A program made the translations under genes and the position numbers. From the IMG/VR virus record IMGVR_UViG_3300021066_000005, positions 1-38,423 of that record: a stretch of DNA of 38,423 nt, one strand, 5' to 3'. This document shows, piece after piece, positions 14,051 to 22,586 of the stretch; the stretch's first letter is position 1; each line of letters begins with the position of its first letter. This DNA is from a virus (Duplodnaviria; Caudoviricetes). The notes under the pieces are model-generated. The model saw nothing but the letters and a program-made list of their open reading frames with translations. It was not told the DNA's origin and ran no database searches.

Positions 14051-14856
14051 CCGATGCATTACGGGAATGGCTGACAGATAAGGAACGATCTGGAAAAGAA
14101 AAGTCTGCCGTAAGGGTTCTGCTCAAAGCCTACCCTAGCCGACCATTAAGAGACGTAAAGCCACATGAAATAGTAAAGGCCCTGAAACCTCGGGCCGAGT
14201 CCACCATTAACCGCACGCTGAATATCGTCCGTGCGGCCATCAATCTAAGCGCCTCTCGCGGGCTGTGCCAGCCTATCAAAATAGAACGGCGCGACGAGAT
14301 TAAACCTGATATCCGCTTCCTGCGACCCAGCCAGTGGAAAGAACTCCAAAAGCACTTACCTCCCCATGCTCTAGAGATTGTCACCTTTGCCCTAGTTACT
14401 GGATTGCGCCATGAAAATGTGGTTGATCTGCAATGGCGTGCCGTGGATGTTGCCAGCAGAACCGCATGGGTGAATGCCATCGATGCCAAGGGTCGCAAGG
14501 TTATCCCTGTTCCATTGGGTGAGGCAGCATTAGCGATATTGAAAGCAAGAGAAGGAAAGCACGAAACGCACGTATTCACCTATAACGGGAAACCAATCAA
14601 GAGCATCAAGACAACCTGGAAAAAGGCTCTGGTAAAGTCTGACATTTTCGTGGTTGTCGAGCAGGATAAGGATGGCAAGGAAACCAAGAAGTCAATCTTC
14701 CGCTTCCATGACTTGCGGCACACATGGGCAAGTTGGAAAATCCAGAAAGGGACCCCCCTGAAAGTAGTCCAGGAGCTAGGCGGATGGTCTAGCTTGGAAC
14801 TCGTCCTTCGCTACGCTCACCTTGATCCAGAACACCTGAGAGAGTGGGTTGATTGA
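13885..14856 (+). CDS. int: Tyrosine integrase
   Basis: TGLRHEN (R), K, RFHDLRHTWASW (H-x-x-R), GW and RYAH catalytic motifs; ATG at 13885 preferred over TTG at 13861. Confidence 0.95.
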   Translation: MSLYKDGKYWYYSLLNAEGIRERKSTHCTDKREAQKVHDDLRHIYKQGKSGGFTLADALREWLTDKERSGKEKSAVRVLLKAYPSRPLRDVKPHEIVKALKPRAESTINRTLNIVRAAINLSASRGLCQPIKIERRDEIKPDIRFLRPSQWKELQKHLPPHALEIVTFALVTGLRHENVVDLQWRAVDVASRTAWVNAIDAKGRKVIPVPLGEAALAILKAREGKHETHVFTYNGKPIKSIKTTWKKALVKSDIFVVVEQDKDGKETKKSIFRFHDLRHTWASWKIQKGTPLKVVQELGGWSSLELVLRYAHLDPEHLREWVD

Positions 14857-14857
14857 G

Positions 14858-15060
14858 TCTGACAAATTTCTGACAAAGTGTGTCAGAACTGAGACGGTTT
14901 ATGGCGGTTTAAGCTACTTTTGGGACGCACAAATTACACGTAAGTCATTGATTATTGGCGCCCCCGACACGAATCGAACGTGTGACCCTCCCCTTAGGAG
15001 GGGGCTTAACTGCCGCATATAATAAGGCTTCAAAGGCACATTCTGTCATTTATTCTGACA
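14858..15060. other. attP: core equal to the 3' half of tRNA-Arg(CCT), with arm sites and an IHF site
   Basis: Reverse complement of 14956-15004 is CCCC-CTCCTAA-GGGGAGGGTC-ACACG-TTCGATT-CGTGT-CGGGGGCG-CCA. TCTGACA-type arm repeats at 14858, 14869, 14881 (inverted), 15042 (TCTGTCA) and 15054. IHF consensus AATCAATGACTTA (minus) at 14941-14953. Confidence 0.9.
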
Positions 15061-15068
15061 GGAGTATT

Positions 15069-15311
15069 TTACAGACACCCTTCAACCACTGCTTCTAGTT
15101 CCGCCACATACCCCTTCATCCGCTCCATATCAATCAGTAGCGCCCTTACCTGCTCCGACACCGAATCATTCCGTGGAATAGAAGTCTCCGGTTTCGTTGG
15201 GCGCTCGCCTACGCATGACAGGGACACGGGAACGTAAACTGTCTCGGGAGCCTTGGGCATGCTGGCGCATCCTGCGAGCGATATGCATAAAATTGTCAGG
15301 AATTTATACAT
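15069..15311 (-). CDS. o-spanin (Rz1-like lipoprotein)
   Basis: Lipobox LAG-C, Pro-rich linker, and last gene of the lysis cassette. Confidence 0.8.
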   Translation of the reverse strand: MYKFLTILCISLAGCASMPKAPETVYVPVSLSCVGERPTKPETSIPRNDSVSEQVRALLIDMERMKGYVAELEAVVEGCL

Positions 15312-15313
15312 AT

Positions 15314-15721
15314 CTACTTCCTCGTGTTCAATAATTGGCGAATCGTAGACAGTTCAGCCTCACAATCGGGGCCAGAACTTGCAGGAACGGCCTGTAGCGC
15401 GTTTTCTTGCTTGCGTGCTTGTGCTGATATCTCGTCCGCTCTTTTATCGGCTGATATACGGGCCTTTTTTGCGGCTTCGGTCTTTTGCTTGAGGTCGAGG
15501 ATGGATTCGTTCTGCTCAGCCAGCTTGTCACCGATAATCTGGTAGAGTTTCTTCCAGTCGGCTATCTCGGCGTCCTTGGTACGCAGCTCCAGCTTGAGCG
15601 ATTCGTTATTTAAGGTTAGGAGCTTAATGTTTAATTGCAGAAATCCTATGTAAGCAACCGTTAATAAGATCAGGAGGCCGGTCAGCACCTTGCCCCAATT
15701 AGTTAATGCCCATGCGTTCAT
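15314..15721 (-). CDS. i-spanin (Rz-like)
   Basis: N-terminal TM plus long coiled coil; ATGA overlap with the endolysin. Confidence 0.8.
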   Translation of the reverse strand: MNAWALTNWGKVLTGLLILLTVAYIGFLQLNIKLLTLNNESLKLELRTKDAEIADWKKLYQIIGDKLAEQNESILDLKQKTEAAKKARISADKRADEISAQARKQENALQAVPASSGPDCEAELSTIRQLLNTRK

Positions 15722-16164
15722 TGCAATCCCTCCAAGCACATTCGTCTTTCAGCCTCGCGCCTATCCGCAAGACCTTGATGTTTTCTTCCTCCGGCATATA
15801 CCCAACGACGCAATTCCTCACAGGCCTGATGTTTTTCTCCGGCGTTGAACTTCTTGACCAGGGTGGACTTGCAGAAGGCTGTCTCGCCTACGTTGAAAGT
15901 GAAGCTCACGAGTGCCGCGAAGGTCAGGTCTGACATATAGGAATCCACGCACCGATTGACGGCGTTTTGCGCCGCCACGGTGTTCTTGTTGAGCCGGTCG
16001 AGTGCTTGTGGCACGGTGACGGCTTTTCCAGGGACGACGCCGTTCGTATTGCCAAAGCCGTCTGTCCAGATTCCTGCAACATCCAAATACGGCTTGCCGC
16101 TGTACCCTTCATGCAAGGCAATGGCAACAAGCCCGACAGCAGAGAGTGCTTTCCATTTATTCAT
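15718..16164 (-). CDS. GH24 endolysin (short SAR-like N-terminus)
   Basis: MNKWKALSAVGLVAIALHEG...YLDVAGIWTDGFG contains the E-x8-D-x5-T triad; GLADRREAE. Confidence 0.92.
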   Translation of the reverse strand: MNKWKALSAVGLVAIALHEGYSGKPYLDVAGIWTDGFGNTNGVVPGKAVTVPQALDRLNKNTVAAQNAVNRCVDSYMSDLTFAALVSFTFNVGETAFCKSTLVKKFNAGEKHQACEELRRWVYAGGRKHQGLADRREAERRMCLEGLQ

Positions 16165-16321
16165 CGATGCAATCCCCCGTATCCAATGGCTGCGGCTGGA
16201 AGGGATGATTCTCGAAGTCCAGCGGCGTGCAGGCTTCGCAAAAGTTGCTGTCATCCAGCGGCAGGAAATACTTGCCGCAACCAGCGCATTGCAGGGTGCG
16301 ACGGGTGAGGTCTTCTTTCAT
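16157..16321 (-). CDS. Small Zn-ribbon protein, 54 aa
   Basis: My translation: MKEDLTRRTLQCAGCGKYFLPLDDSNFCEACTPLDFENHPF... Confidence 0.55.
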   Translation of the reverse strand: MKEDLTRRTLQCAGCGKYFLPLDDSNFCEACTPLDFENHPFQPQPLDTGDCIDE

Positions 16322-16323
16322 GG

Positions 16324-16647
16324 CTAGAAACTCTCTTGCTTGACTTGCGGTTTCACCTTGAAGGCGTATGGATCGAGGCTGACAATCTGGCGGAAATGAT
16401 CGACCGCCATCCAGATAGCGGCGTCATCGCCATACCAGCAAGCGGCGTAGAGTCCATCAGGCATGACGACATAGGCGTGATACTTGAACGGTGTCGGTTC
16501 CTTGAAGTCGATTTCACAGGGCTGGTTGGTAATGACGAACTGAGCGCCGTTGCCTTCCGCTACCATTTCGCGGAGTTCTGTATCGGCTGCGGTAGCGTTA
16601 GCGATAAGCACAAAAAAAGCCGCAAAAGCGGCTGTACGGAAAGACAT
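16324..16647 (-). CDS. Secreted/periplasmic hypothetical protein
   Basis: Sec signal peptide ending ANATA; AGGAGG SD; two Cys. Confidence 0.7.
   Translation of the reverse strand: MSFRTAAFAAFFVLIANATAADTELREMVAEGNGAQFVITNQPCEIDFKEPTPFKYHAYVVMPDGLYAACWYGDDAAIWMAVDHFRQIVSLDPYAFKVKPQVKQESF
16612..16633 (-). terminator. Intrinsic terminator embedded in the signal-peptide coding sequence
   Basis: Minus strand AGCCGC-TTTT-GCGGCT followed by a T-run. Confidence 0.55.
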
Positions 16648-16661
16648 GATGCACCTCCTAG

Positions 16662-17507
16662 TTAGGAATATTTGCGGCGTAAGAAATCAAGCGAGACTTG
16701 CATTAGGTCGTACATACCATCACGGACTTCGTGCTTGAAAACGATGCCATTCCAATGTCCGTTTGCTTGTGGGCCTCTGTATTCCTCATCGTGCAAATAA
16801 CAACTGCCCGCAACTAGGCCGTGCTGCGTCTTCCCGTTAGGAAGCTCGCGCATGGCAATGTCGATGCCTTGCTGATGGCCCATCGTGAAAGAAAGGCCGA
16901 TGTTCTTGAGTTTGGATAAGGCGGTACCGCAATAGGGCTTGCCTGAATTCGGGTTGTAGAAGTAATGGCAGTAGGAAATGCCGTCTATCTCGATAGGCTT
17001 GAGGAATGGGACGACTTCCCATCCCCAGCGGGCCAACTCCATGTCCTCAAGACCGATTGTGCCGTCAAGGATGGAGTCGTTCTCAATGGCGCGGATTACA
17101 CGGTGTTCGTGGTTGCCCATAGTGAATACCAGGCGAGGGTGAAAGTCTGCTTTCGCCAGAGGCGTCATCAGCAAGTCCATGGCGTTGTTGCCTGCCTCGA
17201 TATCTTTCTTGTAGCGCCTTCCCTCAAAAGATTTCTTGCCCTTGTCGTAGCTCGAAAGGCTAGGCATATCCCAAAAGTCACCGATGCAGACCACCACATC
17301 AGGGCGCTTGTCCACAATGTAGTTGCCTATCCATTCTAGGTGCTGGATGGGGACGCCTTCCTTCACCTGACAGTCAGGTATAACGCAATGCGTTACAGGC
17401 TCCGTCTTTTTTCCCAGCCTGCCGCGAAGTGTAGATTCCGGCATTCCCAACTCTCTTGCTGCTGCTCTGATACTTCCGTACCTCGCAACCGCTTCAAGTG
17501 GAGTCAT
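16662..17507 (-). CDS. Calcineurin-like metallophosphoesterase with an N-terminal HTH
   Basis: IPDCQ, IGDFWD, MGNHE, YCHY and MGHQQ motifs; N-terminus YGSIRAAARELGMPESTLRGRL. Confidence 0.85.
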   Translation of the reverse strand: MTPLEAVARYGSIRAAARELGMPESTLRGRLGKKTEPVTHCVIPDCQVKEGVPIQHLEWIGNYIVDKRPDVVVCIGDFWDMPSLSSYDKGKKSFEGRRYKKDIEAGNNAMDLLMTPLAKADFHPRLVFTMGNHEHRVIRAIENDSILDGTIGLEDMELARWGWEVVPFLKPIEIDGISYCHYFYNPNSGKPYCGTALSKLKNIGLSFTMGHQQGIDIAMRELPNGKTQHGLVAGSCYLHDEEYRGPQANGHWNGIVFKHEVRDGMYDLMQVSLDFLRRKYS

Positions 17508-17713
17508 TAGTCATCCCCCTCCATCAGACCGGCAATCGTGGCGTTACACCATCCAGATAGTTCCCAAACGCTAGTGTCAGGAGGTGCTACGTACTGAATC
17601 CATCCGTCTGCCGTCTGGAAGATCATCAGCACCTTAACGGCCCCTGATTCCTTGAGCAGCTCAACCTGCTTGTCTATGTCCGACTTGTGGAGAAGGACGA
17701 CTTCGGCGCTCAC
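17507..17713 (-). CDS. Hypothetical protein
   Basis: 68 aa, coupled to the holin and the phosphoesterase. Confidence 0.6.
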   Translation of the reverse strand: MSAEVVLLHKSDIDKQVELLKESGAVKVLMIFQTADGWIQYVAPPDTSVWELSGWCNATIAGLMEGDD

Positions 17714-17937
17714 TCTTCCTGCTCCACAATGCCTTCTTTCTCATACTTCTTGACCAGCAAACGGTGCGCCTTGTCCTTGTAGTACCAGTTGATGACGAGA
17801 CCGGCGATACCGACCAGCAACCCGCATATCACGCCCCAAAACTCAGCGGTCAGCCCAAAAAACACAGAGGCCGTCGCGCCGCCATACGTCATCTTCGATC
17901 CTGCCGCTGAAACGGCGTCTATTGTTTCCTGTTGCAT
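17710..17937 (-). CDS. Holin (class II, two TM)
   Basis: TYGGATASVFFGLT...WGVICGLLVGIAGLVINWYYK with a charged tail, characteristic of small class II holins. Confidence 0.8.
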   Translation of the reverse strand: MQQETIDAVSAAGSKMTYGGATASVFFGLTAEFWGVICGLLVGIAGLVINWYYKDKAHRLLVKKYEKEGIVEQEE

Positions 17938-17960
17938 TGGAACCCCTTCCAATTAGGCGT

Positions 17961-17981
17961 AAAAAAAGCCGCTAGGCGGCT
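17961..17981 (-). terminator. Intrinsic terminator
   Basis: GCCGC-CTA-GCGGC followed by T7. Confidence 0.65.
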
Positions 17982-18192
17982 ACTTGATATTGTCCAGTTC
18001 GTCCCTCTTTAACCACGGGAACTGTTCTGTAAATAGTTCAGGCCGGTTGATCGCAAACCAGACCAGCCTTATATGATTGATGCGGTTGGAGGCGTCCATA
18101 GGCGGCTTCTTGGACAGCATCAGCTTGACCAGAATGAACGCCCCGAGCGCCGTTAAAGGGAGAGCAAGAATGTGGTACAGGATCACTTGCAA
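17980..18192 (-). CDS. Small membrane protein
   Basis: N-terminal TM; overlaps the upstream gene. Confidence 0.6.
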   Translation of the reverse strand: MQVILYHILALPLTALGAFILVKLMLSKKPPMDASNRINHIRLVWFAINRPELFTEQFPWLKRDELDNIK

Positions 18193-18497
18193 TGCCCCTC
18201 GTCAAAGGGATGCAGGAAGTTATCGCATATCCAGCGGGCCAGCTTCCCGCGCCATGTGTCCTTGCCGATGTGCGAGGCCAGACGCTTGGTGATGAGCCAG
18301 TGACGCGGCACTTCGAGGAACAGCAGCGTAAGCAGCGTTATATTCACCAGAAAATCCAGCAGCACGCCAAGGGCAAAGGTCAGCATGGCGAAGGGGTAAA
18401 CGGGCCATTTGAGACGCTTGGCGTTGTGGGCTTGCAGGATGCCCATAACCGCCACGTACAGCACGAACAGGACATAGACGGCAAACAGGACGCTCAT
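18183..18497 (-). CDS. Membrane protein of the type often found downstream of tail-fibre genes
   Basis: Two TM segments and a C-terminal ITKRL...ARWIC-NFL-PFD-GHC motif. Confidence 0.65.
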   Translation of the reverse strand: MSVLFAVYVLFVLYVAVMGILQAHNAKRLKWPVYPFAMLTFALGVLLDFLVNITLLTLLFLEVPRHWLITKRLASHIGKDTWRGKLARWICDNFLHPFDEGHCK

Positions 18498-18874
18498 AGT
18501 TGAGCCCGCAGTGCCTTGATTTGGTTGTCCACGTCCACCATCCCCCTGTAGGCTGGATTCACCATGTAGAGCTGTTCCGGGGTTATGCCCTGCGTCGAGG
18601 CGAAATATTCCATCACCTCGATCTGGATTTCGCGGGTCTTGCGAGGCATGATTTCGCGCTCTTCGATGGCGAGTATTTGGGCCTTTAAGGATTCCTTAAT
18701 GGATACCGACTCATAAGCCGCAATTCCAGAGGGAGAGGTTAACTGTGCGTATTTCGACGCAGCCGCCGTGCGTTCCTTCTCCGTCGCCTCACCCTTGAAA
18801 CTGATAACTCCGTCAGAATTAACCCCGTAGATGGGGCAGACCTTTTCAAGTTCTCGGGTGATGTAATCGATCAT
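18494..18874 (-). CDS. Putative tail-fibre assembly chaperone
   Basis: Follows the tail fibre; C-terminal VDNQIKALRAQL typical of such chaperones. Confidence 0.5.
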   Translation of the reverse strand: MIDYITRELEKVCPIYGVNSDGVISFKGEATEKERTAAASKYAQLTSPSGIAAYESVSIKESLKAQILAIEEREIMPRKTREIQIEVMEYFASTQGITPEQLYMVNPAYRGMVDVDNQIKALRAQL

Positions 18875-20415
18875 GCCATCACCTTGCCAATGATGCCGCT
18901 CTTAAGGGGGCTATTGGTCCCGGTCCATGTGGTGGTGCCAGTAGCTTCGGAACGCTCCAGCCAGACGAGAAAATGACGGCCTACTCCAGGGATTCCCATG
19001 TAGGCCGCTTGCACGCAGTAAATTGCCCCGTTGTTAATGATTTCAGTGCGCGGGGCTAGTCCACTCGTTGCACTGGTCGAATCCACCCCAACGGCGGTGA
19101 AGATATTGACGGCGGGCGAAGTGTTGGTCGCGTTAGACTGAACTATTGCCTCTACACCGTCCTCTGCTACACCGCAGACATAATCCAATTGATTTGCAGT
19201 AGCCGCATTAGCTTGGCGATAAGTGTCGGTGGTATATGTCCAAGTGGCAGTTGACTCATAGCGCTCCATATACCGCACCACACGGTGGTAATAGTTCCAC
19301 AGGAAACGCTTTACGGCGCTGTCCTCGGTAGTGGTGGCGGCTGTGGTGTAGAACGTACCCAAATACCGGCGTGTAACCGTGCCTGACTTGACCAGAACCC
19401 CATCTTGATAAGCAAGAGCCGTGGCGCGGGTGGTGTCGTTCGTCCAGGAGGTGAATTCGAGCGTTGGCGTTCCGGCGTTGTCATAGCAGAACACATCATA
19501 GGGACGGCCAACGTTCAGGCCAGAGAGTGCAAGAGAGAATTCCGCTGTCGTCCGCACGTTCCAGTTGGTGCCGTCATACAAGGCAATACGGTTGCCATTG
19601 TATGGTGTGCAGTAGATGGTGGAAGCTCCGGTCACATCAGAGACGGTGACCGGAAGGCCAGTTGTCAAAGTCAGGCGGAATTCCTGCACCTTGGGAATTT
19701 CTATCAAATCTGCGGGCGTGTAGTCCTTATTGGAGAAGGTGATAACCCGCGTTGTCGCTGTAGTGAAGCCGTCCACCTCGAATCGCAAGCGCTTGGTCTT
19801 ATCGGCAGAGCCGGAGACCATGAAATTGTTGTCCTTAAGAATGGGGGCGGATGTGTTGTCCGGCGTCAGCAAGCCTAACTGGACAGCGGATAGGCCTGAG
19901 TCAAGATTGCCGGAGTCCAGGGAAACGGTGACAGTAGTAAGGGCCGCAAACGCAGATGCCGTGATATAGCCATAAACAGTACCGGCTGTAACGGTCGCCT
20001 TGATGCGGCGGTTAACCTGAAAGTTACTCGTCTGATCGCCAGGAAGGGTAAATTGAGTTGCGGAAACGTAGGTTGGAGTAACGCCCGAGTCCACCCATTG
20101 ATCTAGCGATACCGAGTTATCACCAACCCCCGAAATATTATCAATTGTGCGGATGGGAGATGTAGGCGGATCAGAGTCGGTCGATGCCGTAAATACAAAC
20201 TTGTACTCCTGCCCTTCTGTAAGCCAAATGGGACTATCAGGCTCTCCACGCGAGTTTAGTATGATGGGATTGGCTTGCGCTACCACACCGGCCTCATCGG
20301 TATAAGTCGCCAGTTTTGTTGAGGAACCGGCAGCATAGGTGAAGACCTTTGCTCCATTAGCCGGAACGCCGTTAATAAACTGTGCGTCATTGAAAACAGG
20401 ACTAAGTTTTGCCAT
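18871..20415 (-). CDS. Tail fibre / receptor-binding protein
   Basis: N-terminal head-binding-type domain NGVPANGAKVFTYAAGSSTKLATYTD...NPIILNSRGE; Thr-rich beta body; occupies the P22 gene 9 position. Confidence 0.85.
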   Translation of the reverse strand: MAKLSPVFNDAQFINGVPANGAKVFTYAAGSSTKLATYTDEAGVVAQANPIILNSRGEPDSPIWLTEGQEYKFVFTASTDSDPPTSPIRTIDNISGVGDNSVSLDQWVDSGVTPTYVSATQFTLPGDQTSNFQVNRRIKATVTAGTVYGYITASAFAALTTVTVSLDSGNLDSGLSAVQLGLLTPDNTSAPILKDNNFMVSGSADKTKRLRFEVDGFTTATTRVITFSNKDYTPADLIEIPKVQEFRLTLTTGLPVTVSDVTGASTIYCTPYNGNRIALYDGTNWNVRTTAEFSLALSGLNVGRPYDVFCYDNAGTPTLEFTSWTNDTTRATALAYQDGVLVKSGTVTRRYLGTFYTTAATTTEDSAVKRFLWNYYHRVVRYMERYESTATWTYTTDTYRQANAATANQLDYVCGVAEDGVEAIVQSNATNTSPAVNIFTAVGVDSTSATSGLAPRTEIINNGAIYCVQAAYMGIPGVGRHFLVWLERSEATGTTTWTGTNSPLKSGIIGKVMA

Positions 20416-20427
20416 GTTTACCTCAAT

Positions 20428-20452
20428 AAAAAACCCGCCACTTGGGCGGGTT
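20428..20452 (-). terminator. Intrinsic terminator between the ejection gene and the tail fibre
   Basis: CCCGCC-CAAGT-GGCGGG followed by T6. Confidence 0.7.
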
Positions 20453-20468
20453 GTGATAAATTAATCAG

Positions 20469-20552
20469 ATGTTTGGAATCGACCCTATCCAGGCCGGGGC
20501 ACTTGTTGCAATGGTTGTCGTGGCTTACCTATTCGGACGTACCAAGGACTAG
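20469..20552 (+). CDS. Putative 27-aa membrane peptide, convergent with and overlapping the ejection gene
   Basis: MFGIDPIQAGALVAMVVVAYLFGRTKD; extended -10 TG-A-TAAATT at 20454-20462, with the ATG at the predicted +1. Confidence 0.45.
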   Translation: MFGIDPIQAGALVAMVVVAYLFGRTKD

Positions 20553-22586
20553 CGCAGGTGCGATAGGCAGCACGGGGGTCTTTTTCTGAGCAGAAACCGT
20601 GGACCGGAGCGCCTTGCTTGCGTCCAGTGATGTTCTCGCCCCTGCCGCCGTTCCAATGCTTTTTGCTTCATTGGCAACAAGCCCACCCACAGGAATCCTT
20701 CTCAACATAGCGCTGTTTGCTACGCTATCCAGAATTGAGGATATGGCCGTTGCTGCCGTATTCGAGTTATTTACTGCCGATCCTGCGGGCTGGAATTTCT
20801 CGTATGAACTCACGCGGCCAATCTGCTTGAGCGCATCCACTTCGCCCTTGTTGAAAAACAGGCTAAGTTTCATATCCCCAATGTCTTTTAGCGCCTTGTT
20901 GTAGTTTGATGGCGAGAAGTTTGCGACCTCATCGTTAGCGTTGTTAAGTGCCTTCGCTTTCAGGTGCAGGATGATTTGATCCTTGATGGACTGCATCGCT
21001 TCAGGGCTCCTAGAAACAGCCTTTTTCAGGGCGTCGAGGTCGCTGATATTCGACTTACTCCCATTCCCGACTATGAAGGTTTGCACGAATTTGTCCGGTT
21101 CGATGCCATCGCGCACTGCTTTCAACGCTGGCGTGCGCTCTACGATCTTCATATAGGCGGCATTCACCTTGCGGGCCTTGTTAAAGGCGTCGATAGCGGC
21201 CTGCCCCTGCCCTTCCAGCAGCGGCGCATCATCTAAGGCTTGGCGCACCTGGCTCAATGCAAGACGTTCTGCCGGATCGGTCGAGGCGCGTTGCAAGGCC
21301 CCAATGGAAGTCTTGAACTGTTCCGCCACATCCACGGTGAGCGGCGTTTCGCCCTTGGCAATCGAATTCAGGCGATTACGCACATCCGCAGGCAGTTTCC
21401 CGCCAAGCAGAGACTCGTCCAGCAAGCTATTGGCCCGCTGAGTGAAGGCGGAAGGGTCAATTGTGGCGCTACGTCCATCGGTGGCGCGGGCTTGGGTGTA
21501 AAGCTGATTAATGACCCCCCTAGCCTGCTTGTCTCGGGCATCAAGAGCGCCCATGACCTTGCCGCCAGCAGTTACCACATCATCGGCAGTTTCCGCACCC
21601 ATTGTGTTCAACTTGGAGATAAGCGCCTTGTTGTTGTCGTTGGCAACATTTGCAAGAGCTTGAGCGGCGGGATCGTCGCTGTTGGCGCTGATCTTGGCTA
21701 GGTTACGGTCTCGGGTGATGTCAGCAGGGTTGAGTGTCAGGCTGCCACGGGTCGGCACTGCCCCCACGGCACGGTAATCAGCCAGGCGGCGAAGCGCATC
21801 GGGTGACAGGTTCTCCCCGGTCTGCAATGCTTTCTGAACGTCACGACGAATTGCGTTGGCAACGTCCAATGGCAGGTCGCTCAAGTTCACGCCCGCCTGC
21901 GTAATGGCGGCTTCAACCTGTTGCGGCTTGGGCCTTGTCAGAAAATTTTTGATAATGGTGGCGCTGTTCTTCGCCCCACTGACTGCCATAGGTGCAAGAA
22001 CACCGGCAGCCAATGCGGTAGCAAACTGCTCGCCATCACTTGCCCCATCCTCACGCACCGCGCCTCCGGCACCCCCAGCAGCCACAGAGCTGATTGCCTG
22101 ATACCCTGGGGCATTACCGATGGCGTTAAGGGTGGCTTTGGCTACGGGGTTTGAAACTGCTTGAGCCGCACCTGTTGCTCCCTTCACAATGCCGCCAGTT
22201 CCAACCAAAAGCCTCGAAGCATCCCCTACGACACGCTCTGTAGCATTTGCAGGAACAGGAAGCCCAAGGCTATCCGCAATACCCTTGCCAACAGCACTTG
22301 CGGGGCTGGCATTGGTACCAAGGGTTGCATTCATGACTGCGGCCACAGGATCAGACAGTAAGCCGACTGTTCCCGCTGCGCCCTCGATGATATGGCGTCC
22401 AGTCAATCCGGCCTGTCGTGCCAGCCTGTCGGTCATCGGAGCTTGCTGAGATGGCTGCATTGGTTGCGGAGCTTCCAATTTCGACACGTCATAGCCATTC
22501 GCACGCAGCTTTTCAGTGAGTTGCGCCTTGGTCATGCCATCCGGCACGTTCTGGATAATGGTTCCATCAGGCAAGCGAACGTCCAT
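20529..22586 (-). CDS. DNA ejection/transfer protein (P22 gp16 position)
   Basis: MDVRLPDGTIIQNVPDGMTKAQL N-terminus, Ala/Gly-rich hydrophobic region and VNNSNTA motif; third of three ejection genes. Confidence 0.75.
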   Translation of the reverse strand: MDVRLPDGTIIQNVPDGMTKAQLTEKLRANGYDVSKLEAPQPMQPSQQAPMTDRLARQAGLTGRHIIEGAAGTVGLLSDPVAAVMNATLGTNASPASAVGKGIADSLGLPVPANATERVVGDASRLLVGTGGIVKGATGAAQAVSNPVAKATLNAIGNAPGYQAISSVAAGGAGGAVREDGASDGEQFATALAAGVLAPMAVSGAKNSATIIKNFLTRPKPQQVEAAITQAGVNLSDLPLDVANAIRRDVQKALQTGENLSPDALRRLADYRAVGAVPTRGSLTLNPADITRDRNLAKISANSDDPAAQALANVANDNNKALISKLNTMGAETADDVVTAGGKVMGALDARDKQARGVINQLYTQARATDGRSATIDPSAFTQRANSLLDESLLGGKLPADVRNRLNSIAKGETPLTVDVAEQFKTSIGALQRASTDPAERLALSQVRQALDDAPLLEGQGQAAIDAFNKARKVNAAYMKIVERTPALKAVRDGIEPDKFVQTFIVGNGSKSNISDLDALKKAVSRSPEAMQSIKDQIILHLKAKALNNANDEVANFSPSNYNKALKDIGDMKLSLFFNKGEVDALKQIGRVSSYEKFQPAGSAVNNSNTAATAISSILDSVANSAMLRRIPVGGLVANEAKSIGTAAGARTSLDASKALRSTVSAQKKTPVLPIAPALVLGTSE

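Noticed and set aside
14956-15004. Phage-encoded tRNA gene
   Set aside because: Only the 3' half is present (no D-arm or 5' acceptor strand); it is the attP core.
18871-20415. Tail-fibre switching by invertase or DGR
   Set aside because: No invertase, inverted crossover sites or duplicate fibre C-termini were seen.
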